Below are positions 51,076 to 60,585 of a stretch of 64,000 bases of DNA, one piece after another. Within the stretch, counting starts at the first letter, position 1; the number at the start of each line of letters is the position of its first letter. Both the position numbers and the translations under genes were made by a program. Under the pieces are notes generated by a model. The model was not told the origin of the DNA. It made no database searches and saw only the letters and a program-made list of their open reading frames with translations. Origin of the DNA: Methanotrichaceae archaeon (GTDB lineage Archaea > Halobacteriota > Methanosarcinia > Methanotrichales > Methanotrichaceae); NCBI GenBank assembly GCA_013178225.1, contig JABLXE010000015.1:1-64000 (forward strand). The letters are read 5' to 3'.

Positions 51076-51140
51076 TATCGATACAGACGTGTCGATAAAG
51101 ACGTATCAAAATGAGATATAAATACTTTTTGACTCAATCG
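51076..51140 (-). promoter_or_regulatory. Promoter of PBP 49888..51060: TATA box followed by two palindrome boxes
   Basis: The boxes ATATATCGATACAGACGTGTCGATAAAG contain the 8-bp palindrome TATCGATA and lie between the TATA-like element GAGATATAAATAC and the start codon. Confidence 0.4.
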
Positions 51141-51252
51141 AACAGATATAATATGAATATTAAGCATTCATTTCACAAGAACTGATCAAGGCACCAAAAG
51201 GCTCAACCGATTTTGCAGATAAGGCGAGGGTCATAGGTCAAAGGCCAAAAAG

Positions 51253-51290
51253 CATTTATATCTATATCGATATGTCTGCGTCGATATATC
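51253..51290 (+). promoter_or_regulatory. Promoter of the 51351 operon: TATA box plus ATATCGATAT palindromes
   Basis: The sequence is CATTTATATCTATATCGATATGTCTGCGTCGATATATC, an inverted copy of the 51076 boxes, sitting in the divergent intergenic region. Confidence 0.4.
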
Positions 51291-51350
51291 AAATTAGCAA
51301 ACTTAAAGCAAGTGCACTTGCTTAAAATATCTAATGCAACTCGGATGTGA

Positions 51351-52613
51351 TTGAAGGTGATCCAAATGAGATATCTTGTGATATTGGCATCGTGCATTTT
51401 AGCGGCTTTGTCCGCTAATGCATACGATTTCACTTTGAGCGTTTTTGGAAATGCCAATATGGACGACATCATAGATAATAATGATATAGCATATGTCCAG
51501 GGCATAATCGATAGCAGCAATGGAGCTACTGATCTTGCGGATGCAAATTGTGATGGCCATATCGACGAGAATGACGTCAATCAAATTGAATCGATAATAT
51601 CTGGCAAAGCGGTAGAGCTTACTCTCATTGATAATGAAGGCGTGACGGTTACCCTAAACGCGCCTGTAGACAGCGTTGCCACTTTATTTTTAGGAGCTCT
51701 AAGGCCGGTTATTCATCTCAAAGCTATCGATAAGATAATTGGTGTAGGAAGCAATACCCTGGCCAGGCCCGACAATGTGGTGGAGTTGCATGCCCATCCT
51801 GAGCTGAGGGGGCTTCCAGGAATAGGGACCACAAGCGACCCTTCAAAGGAGACCATAGTCTCACTTAAGCCGGATGCGATCTTTGGGACCCTTCACACGG
51901 ATAAGGAAACTTCAAAGGCCGTTTCTCAGAGCACAGGCATTCCTTTTGTATATGCCAATCCGTCGAAAGAGGTATTTCGCGAAGAAAATGGCGCTTTTGA
52001 GACCTGGAGGTTGCTGAGCCTAATATTAGGAAAGGACGAGCAAAAAAGATCTGAAGAGCTGATAGATTACTGCGATGAGAAGATCAACGAAATTGTGGAA
52101 GTCGTCTCTGAGGTCCCTGATGAAGACAAAACCAGGGTTTACATTGCCTGCACCAGCAAATCAGGCATAACCAGTACCGCCAATGTCTACGAGCCTATAG
52201 AAATCGCCGGCGGTAAAAACGTTGCAGAAGGAATGGCCGGGAGCGATTCCTGGGGGCACGTCGATGTCTCAAAGGAACAGATCATCGACTGGGACCCGGA
52301 GATAATTCTGATCACCTGCTATTCCAAGGAAAACTGGATAACTGTGGACGAAGTTTTATCTGATCCCGCGTTGCAGACCGTCAGTGCGGTAAAAAATAAG
52401 CAGGTCTACAATACGAAGGGCTGGTATGCAGGCTGGGATCCTGCAACGGGTCTATGTGAATGCCTATACATGGCCAAGCTGTTTTATCCCGAGAAATTCG
52501 AGGACCTTGATGTCGAAGCAGAATGCAACGAGGTGCTTGAAGAGTTCTACGGAGTCAGCGGACTGTACGACTGGATGCTGGAGAACTGCGGGGATTACTG
52601 CACCTGGAAGTAG
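51351..52613 (+). CDS. FecB-type substrate-binding protein with an N-terminal dockerin-like double repeat
   Basis: The signal peptide is followed by two EF-hand-like repeats of the type seen in type I dockerins (NANMDDIIDNNDIAYVQGIID and DANCDGHIDENDVNQIESIISG). After these comes an FecB-type periplasmic binding fold. Confidence 0.75.
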   Translation: MKVIQMRYLVILASCILAALSANAYDFTLSVFGNANMDDIIDNNDIAYVQGIIDSSNGATDLADANCDGHIDENDVNQIESIISGKAVELTLIDNEGVTVTLNAPVDSVATLFLGALRPVIHLKAIDKIIGVGSNTLARPDNVVELHAHPELRGLPGIGTTSDPSKETIVSLKPDAIFGTLHTDKETSKAVSQSTGIPFVYANPSKEVFREENGAFETWRLLSLILGKDEQKRSEELIDYCDEKINEIVEVVSEVPDEDKTRVYIACTSKSGITSTANVYEPIEIAGGKNVAEGMAGSDSWGHVDVSKEQIIDWDPEIILITCYSKENWITVDEVLSDPALQTVSAVKNKQVYNTKGWYAGWDPATGLCECLYMAKLFYPEKFEDLDVEAECNEVLEEFYGVSGLYDWMLENCGDYCTWK

Positions 52614-52639
52614 GCGAAAAAAAAAGCAAGTTGTGAAAT

Positions 52640-53713
52640 ATGTCGTCTCAATCAAAAGTAATTGAACTGGATATAATCGAGGCACAGTACACGCAGTTCC
52701 TAGGGAAGAGGTACCTCTTCCTCCTCGTCCTGGCCCTCATAACCATTGCGCTGGCAGGCACGGCCGTTACACTTGGCGTGATCAAGCTTTCGATCGGACA
52801 GGTCTACGAGGCAATTCTTCATAACTTCCTTCCCGATCAATTCCAGGCAACCGAGGAAGCCCAGCGAGTGGTCTGGAACATCCGGCTGCCTCGAATACTT
52901 TTTGGGATATTAGCCGGCATGGGCCTGGGGATAGCAGGAGCAGTTATGCAGGTGGTTCTCAAGAACCCCCTGGCCAGCCCTTACACACTGGGCATATCGT
53001 CCGCAGCCGGATTCGGAGCTGCGGTGGCCATACTCCTGGGCCAGGGTTTTTTCGGCAGCTATCTCATTGCAGGAAACGCCTTTGTATTTGCCCTCCTCTC
53101 ATCGATGATCATTGTGGCCATAGCCAGACATAAGGGTGCCACTCCAGAGATAATGGTCCTGTCGGGAATTGCCATCATGTACTTCTTCTCGGCCTGCACT
53201 ACACTGCTGGAGTACTTTGCTGACTCGGATGCGGTCAAAGGCGTGGTCTTCTGGATGGTCGGAAGCCTTAGCAAAGCATCATGGAACGAACTATATGTGC
53301 TCTGTTTCGTGCTGGCGGTTTGCATTCCCATCCTTGTCTGGAAGTCATGGGATTTCAACGTCATGAGTTCAGGGGATGAGACGGCGAAAAGCCTGGGAAT
53401 AGATGTGGACAGGACGAGAAACCTGTCAATGATTATCTCCAGCCTGATAGTGGCAAGCATCGTGGCCTTCACAGGGACCATAGGATTCATCGGTCTGGTG
53501 GCCCCTCACATCGCCCGCATGGTCGTAGGGGGAGACAACAAGTTCGTCCTGCCGGGATCAGCGCTATTGGGCGGACTGCTGCTGGCAGGAGCTGATGTTG
53601 TGGCCCAGCATATCATGCCGCCTGTCATCCTTCCTATTGGAGTCATGACTGCCTTCATGGGAATTCCCCTGTTCTTCTATCTGATAATGAGGCGGAGAAA
53701 GGGGTACTGGTAG
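52640..53713 (+). CDS. FecCD/BtuC-family ABC importer permease
   Basis: The protein has about 10 TM segments. The conserved FecCD blocks RLPRILFGILAGMGLGIAGAVMQ and LSGIAIMYFF are present. Confidence 0.85.
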   Translation: MSSQSKVIELDIIEAQYTQFLGKRYLFLLVLALITIALAGTAVTLGVIKLSIGQVYEAILHNFLPDQFQATEEAQRVVWNIRLPRILFGILAGMGLGIAGAVMQVVLKNPLASPYTLGISSAAGFGAAVAILLGQGFFGSYLIAGNAFVFALLSSMIIVAIARHKGATPEIMVLSGIAIMYFFSACTTLLEYFADSDAVKGVVFWMVGSLSKASWNELYVLCFVLAVCIPILVWKSWDFNVMSSGDETAKSLGIDVDRTRNLSMIISSLIVASIVAFTGTIGFIGLVAPHIARMVVGGDNKFVLPGSALLGGLLLAGADVVAQHIMPPVILPIGVMTAFMGIPLFFYLIMRRRKGYW

Positions 53714-53738
53714 AAACCATTTATACAACGAGACGATC

Positions 53739-54509
53739 ATGGTGCTCAAAGTCAAAGATTTGGTCTTCGCCTATTCCGGCGTGAAGATCCTGGATCGAGT
53801 ATCGCTGGAGCTGGAAAGGTCAGAGGTCCTGGGAGTTATAGGACCAAACGGGGCAGGCAAATCCACCTTGATCAGGTGCATGAACAGGGTGCTCAGACCT
53901 CAGAGCGGGAAGATAACACTGGACGGGATCGATATCAGAGATATGGATAGGATAGATATCGCTCGCAGGATGGGATACGTCCCGCAGGCCTCCAAAAACT
54001 CCTTTCCGGCCACGGTCTTCGATACGATCCTCATGGGCCGGAGGCCCCACGGAGGATGGAAAAGCAGCTCAAGCGACGTTAAGAAAGCTCTGGAGGTGCT
54101 AAAGCTGGTTAGTTTGGAAGATCTGGCCATGAGGGACTTCACTGAGCTTTCCGGAGGGCAGCAGCAGAAGGTAGTGCTGGCTCGAGCCCTGGTCCAGGAG
54201 GCGGAGGTGCTCCTGCTGGATGAGCCCACCTCAAACCTGGATATCAGGCAGCAGCTTGAAACTATGGAGATCATCAGAAGGCTGGCTAAAGAGAGGGGCA
54301 TATCCGCCCTGATGGCCGTACACGATCTGAACCTGGCGGCGCGATACGCCGACAGGATAGTAATGCTCAAAGGCGGCCGCGTCCTCGATGCAGGTGATCC
54401 TTTTTCGGTGTTAACTGCAGAGAACATCAAAGCAGTATATGGAGTGGAGGCAGCGGTGAAGGAAGACGACTGCAGACCCTATATTTTGCCGAGAGGTTCT
54501 GTGAAATAG
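53739..54509 (+). CDS. ABC transporter ATP-binding protein (FecE/BtuD type)
   Basis: Walker A (GPNGAGKST), the signature LSGGQQQKV, Walker B (LLLDEPTSNLD) and an H-loop are all present. Confidence 0.9.
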   Translation: MVLKVKDLVFAYSGVKILDRVSLELERSEVLGVIGPNGAGKSTLIRCMNRVLRPQSGKITLDGIDIRDMDRIDIARRMGYVPQASKNSFPATVFDTILMGRRPHGGWKSSSSDVKKALEVLKLVSLEDLAMRDFTELSGGQQQKVVLARALVQEAEVLLLDEPTSNLDIRQQLETMEIIRRLAKERGISALMAVHDLNLAARYADRIVMLKGGRVLDAGDPFSVLTAENIKAVYGVEAAVKEDDCRPYILPRGSVK

Positions 54510-54839
54510 AGCAGAAGCATCACTGGAATCCAGAGCCCCATTTCTGCATAAACCCCTCTGCAGTGTCCGAGAATCGGGTGATGGCACTTCATAGAATAGA
54601 AGTCCATTGCCATCGAGTTCATATTTTAAATTCTAGATATATCTTAATCACATCTCGTCATGGCTATAAGTATCTTTCAAGCACAACTTCCGAAATTGAG
54701 CCTCGTGGCGCTCTTTTCACCTATGAATTACCAAGAACTGTTTTGCATACCGATAGCTTTATGACAAGATGTGTAAAAGCGTGCTTCATCATCCCGGAAT
54801 GCTGAATGGTCGGTAACAATCAAACGGCAACAGGATACG

Positions 54840-54915
54840 ATCTCCAGCAGGGCGGGAGGGCACCCGGTCATCCTGCGGGACAGGGCGTTTTGTGACCGGT
54901 GTTCAAATCGCAGCC
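54840..54915 (+). other. GC-rich nested-hairpin element followed by a T-tract, downstream of the ABC ATPase gene
   Basis: CACCCGGTCA pairs with TGACCGGTG around an inner CCTG/CAGG hairpin. A TTTTG run follows. Confidence 0.25.
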
Positions 54916-55247
54916 GCCCCCCCATTCTGAGGGAAGAATATTCCGGAGAAAGGCAATCGTGATCCAGCCAAGCTGGATTATCCAGTGCTGCCCCGCGGTT
55001 ATTCCTGCAGCAGAGGCATCTTCCGCTGCTCTATTGAGCCGCCATCCAGTTACACATTGACCGGCTAAATGCTGAGGAGAGAAAATGAATAATACCCATC
55101 GATACAGGCCGACGGTTTATTTGCTCTGGCATTTGCCGTTACCTGGATCAACGGCTTCTTTCTGGCAGTGCAAAGCCACCAGGGCGGCGATAAGAACATC
55201 GTCAATCTGCTTTAACCTACCTGGGGCCGCTTATTGCTGCCCTCATT

Positions 55248-55952
55248 GTGATGTACGTATTTGCCGATCAGGCATTCCGGGCCGATTTCAGGAGAAGGAT
55301 CTTCGACCTGGGGCTGATAAACCAGAGATATCTGCCTTTCGTCTTATTCTTTCTGCCTCTGGCCATGGCGACATCCATTATTATTTCAATAGCCTTAGGG
55401 CAACCGGCAGGGCAATTGCGCTTTGCCGAAGAATTTAAAATTTTCGAAGGCGAGGCCATCTTAAGCATATTAATTTTGGTCCTGGTTCCGGTGCTGGAGG
55501 AGCTGGGATGGGGAGGCTACGGCGTTGACAGTCTGGCCAGCAGGTTTTACCTATTTGGAACAAGCATAATTTTCGGGGCCTTGTGGGCCCTTTGGCATTT
55601 GCCGGTTTTCTTCATCGAGGGTTCATACCAAATGTCCTTGCTGGAACAGAATCCCTTATTTGCCCTGAACTTTTTCGCAGGCATCATTCCGCTGGCAATA
55701 ATTATGAATTATTTGTATTATAAGAATCGACGCAGCATCGCTTTGATAGCTCTATTTCATGTCATGGCAAATCTTTCAGCCGAACTTTTTGGGGCCAACC
55801 AGATCAGCAAATGCATTTTCACGCTCGTCATAACACTGGCCGCTGCAATTATAATAATCAGAAATAGGAGCTTCTTCTTTGAGGAGAAGATGAACCTGGA
55901 CTTCATCGATCCGGCGAGCAAGGAGACCCAATTGACGGTCGTGAATGGCTGA
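55248..55952 (+). CDS. CPBP-family (CAAX protease/Abi) intramembrane metalloprotease
   Basis: The conserved EELGWGGY (EExxxR/G), FGALWALWHLP and H...N motifs are present. Confidence 0.7.
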   Translation: MMYVFADQAFRADFRRRIFDLGLINQRYLPFVLFFLPLAMATSIIISIALGQPAGQLRFAEEFKIFEGEAILSILILVLVPVLEELGWGGYGVDSLASRFYLFGTSIIFGALWALWHLPVFFIEGSYQMSLLEQNPLFALNFFAGIIPLAIIMNYLYYKNRRSIALIALFHVMANLSAELFGANQISKCIFTLVITLAAAIIIIRNRSFFFEEKMNLDFIDPASKETQLTVVNG

Positions 55953-55979
55953 CCTGAGGGATAATTCGGGGATAATTCA

Positions 55980-57268
55980 ATGACCAACGTCTTGTCCATT
56001 CGTGATTTCAGGCTACTGTTTGCCGGGGTATCCGCCTCTCTTTTGGGGGATCAGTTTGCCCTGATCGCAACTCCCTGGCTGGTACTGCAGCTTACCGGCG
56101 ACCCGCTGGCCTTAGGAATTGTGCTGGCGCTAGAGGGCGTTCCCCGAGCGTTGTTTATGCTCTTTGGAGGCGCAATTACCGACCGCTATTCTCCTCGAAT
56201 TATATTGCTGGCTTCAGACATAGTGCGCTTCGTGCTGGCAACCCTGATGGCCGTGGTGGTCTTTGCCGGAATAGTGCAAATGTGGATGCTGTATGCCTTC
56301 AGCCTGGGTTTCGGACTGGTGGCGGGCTTCGCCCTGCCGGCTGCAAATAGCATCGTCCCCATGCTGCTGGAAGAAAAAGATCTAAGGACCGGCAATTCGC
56401 TCGTTATGGGCGTGGGTCAGGTGGCCGGATTTGTGGGACCCGTTGCTGCAGGAATTCTGATCGGCAAATTCTCCGAATCATTTTTCGGTATAGGTTTAGC
56501 CTTCGGCATCGATTCCGTGACCTTTGCCATATCGGCCCTTATGCTGTGGCCGATGCACAGCGGCGGAAAACTTCCCTCTTCGACCCGGACCTTCAAGAAG
56601 GAGAGCATCCGGACGTCCATTGTGGCCGGCCTGAAATATGTTTGGGACGACGGTGCATTGCGGCTGATATTTCTGGTAATCGCCGCCGTTAACTTCCTGT
56701 TCGTGGGCCCCATTCTGGTGGCAATTCCGGTACTGGCCAATCAACGCTGGCTGAAGGCGCGGTGGCCTTCGGATTGCTGATGTCCGGGTCTGCGGTCGGC
56801 CATTTGGGCGGCTATCTGCTGGCAGGCATCCTCCCCAGGCCCAACGGACGGGATATGTGCCTCCTTTTGATTGTTCTGCAGGCCTCCTTTGGGATGGCCA
56901 TGGGAATAGTGGGATTCGTCACCTTGACCTGGGTGGATGTCGCATTGATGTTTTTGCTCGGTCTGGGCAATGGTTACGTCAGCCTCATCCTATTCACCTG
57001 GATTCAAACCAGCACCCCCAAAGCAATGCTGGGCAGAATCATGAGCCTGCTCATGCTCTCAAGCACCGGACTGGTTCCCGTCTCTCAAGCCATATCAGGG
57101 GCAGTCTGCTCCTGGAACCTGAACCTGCTGTTCGTCTCAGCAGGTGTTTTGATTGTGCTGGTCACAATCTGGACTGCCTTTCAGCCGGCTCTTTTCGCCT
57201 TCAGCGAAAGCTTGACCGCAGAGGCGCCGACTCGAATAATTTTGGGATCGGAGAAAAAGATGAAATGA
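55980..57268 (+). pseudogene. MFS transporter split by a frameshift near 56745-56760
   Basis: ORF 55980..56780 (TM1-8) and ORF 56762..57268 (TM9-12) are contiguous halves of one MFS protein. Joining them needs a 1-nt change in CGCTGGCTGAAGG to read ...ANQR-LAEGAVAFGLLMSG. Confidence 0.65.
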
Positions 57269-57307
57269 GCTGCCGGAGGGCAGTCATCTTCGTTTTACGA
57301 AAAAAAA

Positions 57308-58366
57308 TTACAGTACCCCGGCAACCTTTAACGGATGCATGCCGGCGTTCTGCAGCTGTGACAGCGTGGCCTGGTCCACCTTGAACTCCTTGATGGTTGA
57401 GACGAAGGCTTCAGGGGTGTCCACATAATCCATGAGGACCACGTCGGATGCCAGCTTGCTTCCCCAGGAGGGGCCGGTCCAGTTGGTCTTCGCAGCGCTG
57501 GAGTTATAGCTCAGAGCCAGTGCGTCGCCCTCATTGGTGGTGCTGTTCCAGCGGATGAAGATGCCGGCAATTCCGGGAATAGCCTTCTTCTCAGTATCGG
57601 TCAGAGCCATCACGAACATGCCGCTCTTTCCAGGGGTGGCATCCCAGCGCATCTGCAGCAGGTCTTCTTTACACCAGTTGGGGCAGGAGATGACCTTATA
57701 GCTCTCGCTGCTGCTGTTTATGGGCAGCTTGTCCTCGACGTACTTGGCCAGGAAGAGGCCGCTGGTCACGCCCGGGCAGAGGTGATCGTGGAAACAGGTG
57801 GCCTGTATGAAGTCAAACGACCCGCCGCGGGCCCAGACGTTGGATATGCCGGCTAAAGAGAACTCATTGCCGTTGAAGACCGCCTGGTTGAAGGTCACAT
57901 TTCCTTCATCGGTGTGGTTTTTCAGATAGTCGATGTCCACATTGGCCCTGGAGATGGTGCTGAACACCGTCTTTGCAGGCAGGGCCTTGAAATCGTCCAG
58001 GCTGGCGTTCAGTGACTGAGGATCAACCTCCATATAGACTGCTTCGCCGGTGGCCTTGTTGAAGAAATAGAACCACAGCGGCTTCCAGAAAGCCCGCAGG
58101 ACCTGGAACAGGTTACCGTCACCGATGCTGTTTCCGCTCTCTTCGGTCAGCCCCTTGATGGCCGCCTGGGTGGTCTGTCCATCCACCATGGCGTGTCCGG
58201 CATCGGTCAATATCAGGACATTGGCATCTCCTTTCTCGACATCGAGCTGCTGCATGGCCTCCTTGGCCGCCTTGATGCCAAGCTCTTCCATAACCGCGTT
58301 GTCGGCCAGGGAAAGCCCCGGAACCAGTGTCAGGAAAAGAACCGTGGCAATCGATACAACTTTCAA
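57308..58366 (-). CDS. Secreted FmdE-domain protein, paralog B
   Basis: A signal peptide (MKVVSIATVLFLTLVPGLSLA) is followed by the same permuted FmdE motifs (LTDAGH...; HDHLCPGVTSG; CPNWCKED). It aligns along its length with paralog A. Confidence 0.7.
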   Translation of the reverse strand: MKVVSIATVLFLTLVPGLSLADNAVMEELGIKAAKEAMQQLDVEKGDANVLILTDAGHAMVDGQTTQAAIKGLTEESGNSIGDGNLFQVLRAFWKPLWFYFFNKATGEAVYMEVDPQSLNASLDDFKALPAKTVFSTISRANVDIDYLKNHTDEGNVTFNQAVFNGNEFSLAGISNVWARGGSFDFIQATCFHDHLCPGVTSGLFLAKYVEDKLPINSSSESYKVISCPNWCKEDLLQMRWDATPGKSGMFVMALTDTEKKAIPGIAGIFIRWNSTTNEGDALALSYNSSAAKTNWTGPSWGSKLASDVVLMDYVDTPEAFVSTIKEFKVDQATLSQLQNAGMHPLKVAGVL

Positions 58367-58781
58367 ATTCGTTACAATACCTCCTATGACTTTGGAATTG
58401 TAATTTCTTATTTATGAATATTTCTACTTGAAGTATTACTAAATTGCAATATGCTTTTCGCATCCAATTTTTCACATCCAATCATAGATCCCAAATACGA
58501 CGGCCCATGAATTATCTGCCTGCTCAGAGATTGATAAGCTTGTTTGATATACGAAAATAAATTAAAATATGTTTAATACACATACCATTATGAAAATCAA
58601 AGCAAAAAGTCATATATATGCAAATAAAAATTAGAAAAATTATGCGCTCAATTCATTTCATAGAATCACGCAAAGCTTCGCGCAGGAGCCCCTGATCAAG
58701 CCATGACCCGGCTCAGATATTTCCGGAGGCGAGACCATCCCTGCGTATTCGATTGAGACCCACAATCTGACCAAGAAGTTC

Positions 58782-59618
58782 GTGATACGAAAAGGTCTTT
58801 CTCACCTTCTGAAGAATCTGCATAAAAGCGATGTTATAACCTCGCTTGATTCCGTAAGCATGAAGGTTCGGGAAGGAGAGGTAGTCGGCCTTCTCGGCCC
58901 CAATGGGGCAGGCAAATCCACTCTGATTAAGATCCTCTGCACGCTGATCCTGCCAACGTGCGGCGAGGCTTGCATCAACGGCTACGATGTAGTAAAAGAG
59001 AGCAGACGGGTCCGGGAATCCCTCGGCTTCGTCACCACCGATGAGAGAAGTTTCTACTGGCGGCTGAGCGGGAGAGAAAACCTCCAGTTCTTTGCCGCTC
59101 TACACAATATGAGGTCTATTGACGCTCAAAGAAAGGCGGATGAGGTACTGGATGTCGTCCACCTGAAGAACAGAGCCGATGAGCTTTTCTTGAACTACTC
59201 GGCAGGGATGAAGCAGCGCATGGCCATTGCCAGAGGACTGCTAAATGACCCATTAGTCCTGTTCATGGACGAGCCCACCCGGAGCCTGGACCCCGGATCG
59301 GCAAAGAGTCTCAGGGACTTCATCAAGGAGATCATCGTAAAGGAACAGGGAAAGACGGTCTTTATCTGCACCCATCAGCTGGACGAGGCCGAGCAGTTGT
59401 GCGATAGGGTGGCATTTCTCGATGAGGGCAGGCTCAAGGCCATTGGAGATCCGGCTGAACTGAAGAAAGACCTGGGAGATGGCTCCTCGCTCTGCGATGT
59501 ATTCTCCCATTATACAGGAAAACGGTTCGAAGACGAATGCCCTTCACAATTTCCGCTAATGGGCCGCAGAGATGGCATGCGTCATAGGGGATTTGGGATG
59601 AGGAGACGGGGATTGTAA
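58782..59618 (+). CDS. ABC transporter ATP-binding protein (ABC-2 exporter type)
   Basis: Walker A (GPNGAGKST), a signature variant (YSAGMKQRMAIA) and Walker B (LFMDEPTRSLD) are present. Confidence 0.85.
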   Translation: MIRKGLSHLLKNLHKSDVITSLDSVSMKVREGEVVGLLGPNGAGKSTLIKILCTLILPTCGEACINGYDVVKESRRVRESLGFVTTDERSFYWRLSGRENLQFFAALHNMRSIDAQRKADEVLDVVHLKNRADELFLNYSAGMKQRMAIARGLLNDPLVLFMDEPTRSLDPGSAKSLRDFIKEIIVKEQGKTVFICTHQLDEAEQLCDRVAFLDEGRLKAIGDPAELKKDLGDGSSLCDVFSHYTGKRFEDECPSQFPLMGRRDGMRHRGFGMRRRGL

Positions 59619-60436
59619 TGGAGCAGATCTTGCTTTTTGAAAAGGCCCGCTGGTTCATAAAGAGGGGTTATCTGCTACAGATGAGCTACAAATTCGATTT
59701 CTTCTTGCGATTATTCTTTATGTTCTTCAATATCCTTACCTATTACTTCATTGCCAAGATGATCGGAGATGCGGGCTCGCAGTACCTTCAGTCCTACGGA
59801 GGCGACTATTTCTCATTTGTGCTCATAGGAATGGCCTTCTCCGGCTACCTCCAGATCTCCCTTCGAAGCTTCTCAGAGAGCGTCCGGGACGAGCAGATGA
59901 TGGGAACCCTAGAAGCCATGCTGGTCACTCCCACCAGCACATCCACCATCATCGCTTTATCATCTCTTTGGAGCTTTATCTTTGCCTCATTCCGGGTACT
60001 GGTCTATCTCCTGATCGGCGTTTTCCTGGGCGTAAACATGACCAACGCCAATATTGCAGGGGCACTGGTAATTCTGGTTCTGACCATAATGTGCTTCAGC
60101 GGCATCGGCATATTATCTGCGAGCTTCATTATGGTCTTTAAGAGAGGAGACCCGATAAACATGCTGCTCATGGGAACGTCCGAACTCTTCGGAGGCGTGC
60201 TGTTTCCAATTGAGGTCCTTCCGGCGTGGCTGCAGAGCATATCTCACCTCCTTCCCATGACCTATGCCGTCAACGGCATGAGACATGCTCTCTTGCAGGG
60301 ATATTCTCTGCAGGAATTGGCCCCCGAAATCCTGCCCCTGGCCCTATTCTCTCTCATCTTGCTACCTATTAGCCTGGTGGTTTTTGATCGTGCGGTGATG
60401 AGGGTCAAGGCTTACGGCGGATTGGTCCAATATTAG
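59618..60436 (+). CDS. ABC-2 family transporter permease
   Basis: The protein has six TM segments. Its start overlaps the ATPase gene stop, consistent with an ABC-2 exporter pair. Confidence 0.75.
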   Translation: MEQILLFEKARWFIKRGYLLQMSYKFDFFLRLFFMFFNILTYYFIAKMIGDAGSQYLQSYGGDYFSFVLIGMAFSGYLQISLRSFSESVRDEQMMGTLEAMLVTPTSTSTIIALSSLWSFIFASFRVLVYLLIGVFLGVNMTNANIAGALVILVLTIMCFSGIGILSASFIMVFKRGDPINMLLMGTSELFGGVLFPIEVLPAWLQSISHLLPMTYAVNGMRHALLQGYSLQELAPEILPLALFSLILLPISLVVFDRAVMRVKAYGGLVQY

Positions 60437-60585
60437 CATAATTCCCCTCTTATTTCTCTATTTTATTTCGTGTTATTTTTTATAGTTGAAAATCAAAATG
60501 CTTTGAAATAAATAATCTAATTCAATAACATATTAACGATAAGTCTTAAATATGATTTAATAATTAACACAAAACTTGTGCAAAT

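Noticed and set aside
54860-54905. Possible tRNA (T-loop-like TTCAAATC)
   Set aside because: No acceptor stem, D-arm or anticodon arm can be drawn. The region folds instead as a simple nested hairpin.
55085-55438. ORF 55085..55438 as a separate gene, or as a definite frameshifted N-terminus of the CPBP protease
   Set aside because: The translation is Cys/Arg-rich and non-protein-like. The hydrophobic stretch in the third frame has no start codon. The evidence is insufficient, and CPBP proteins of about 230 aa exist.
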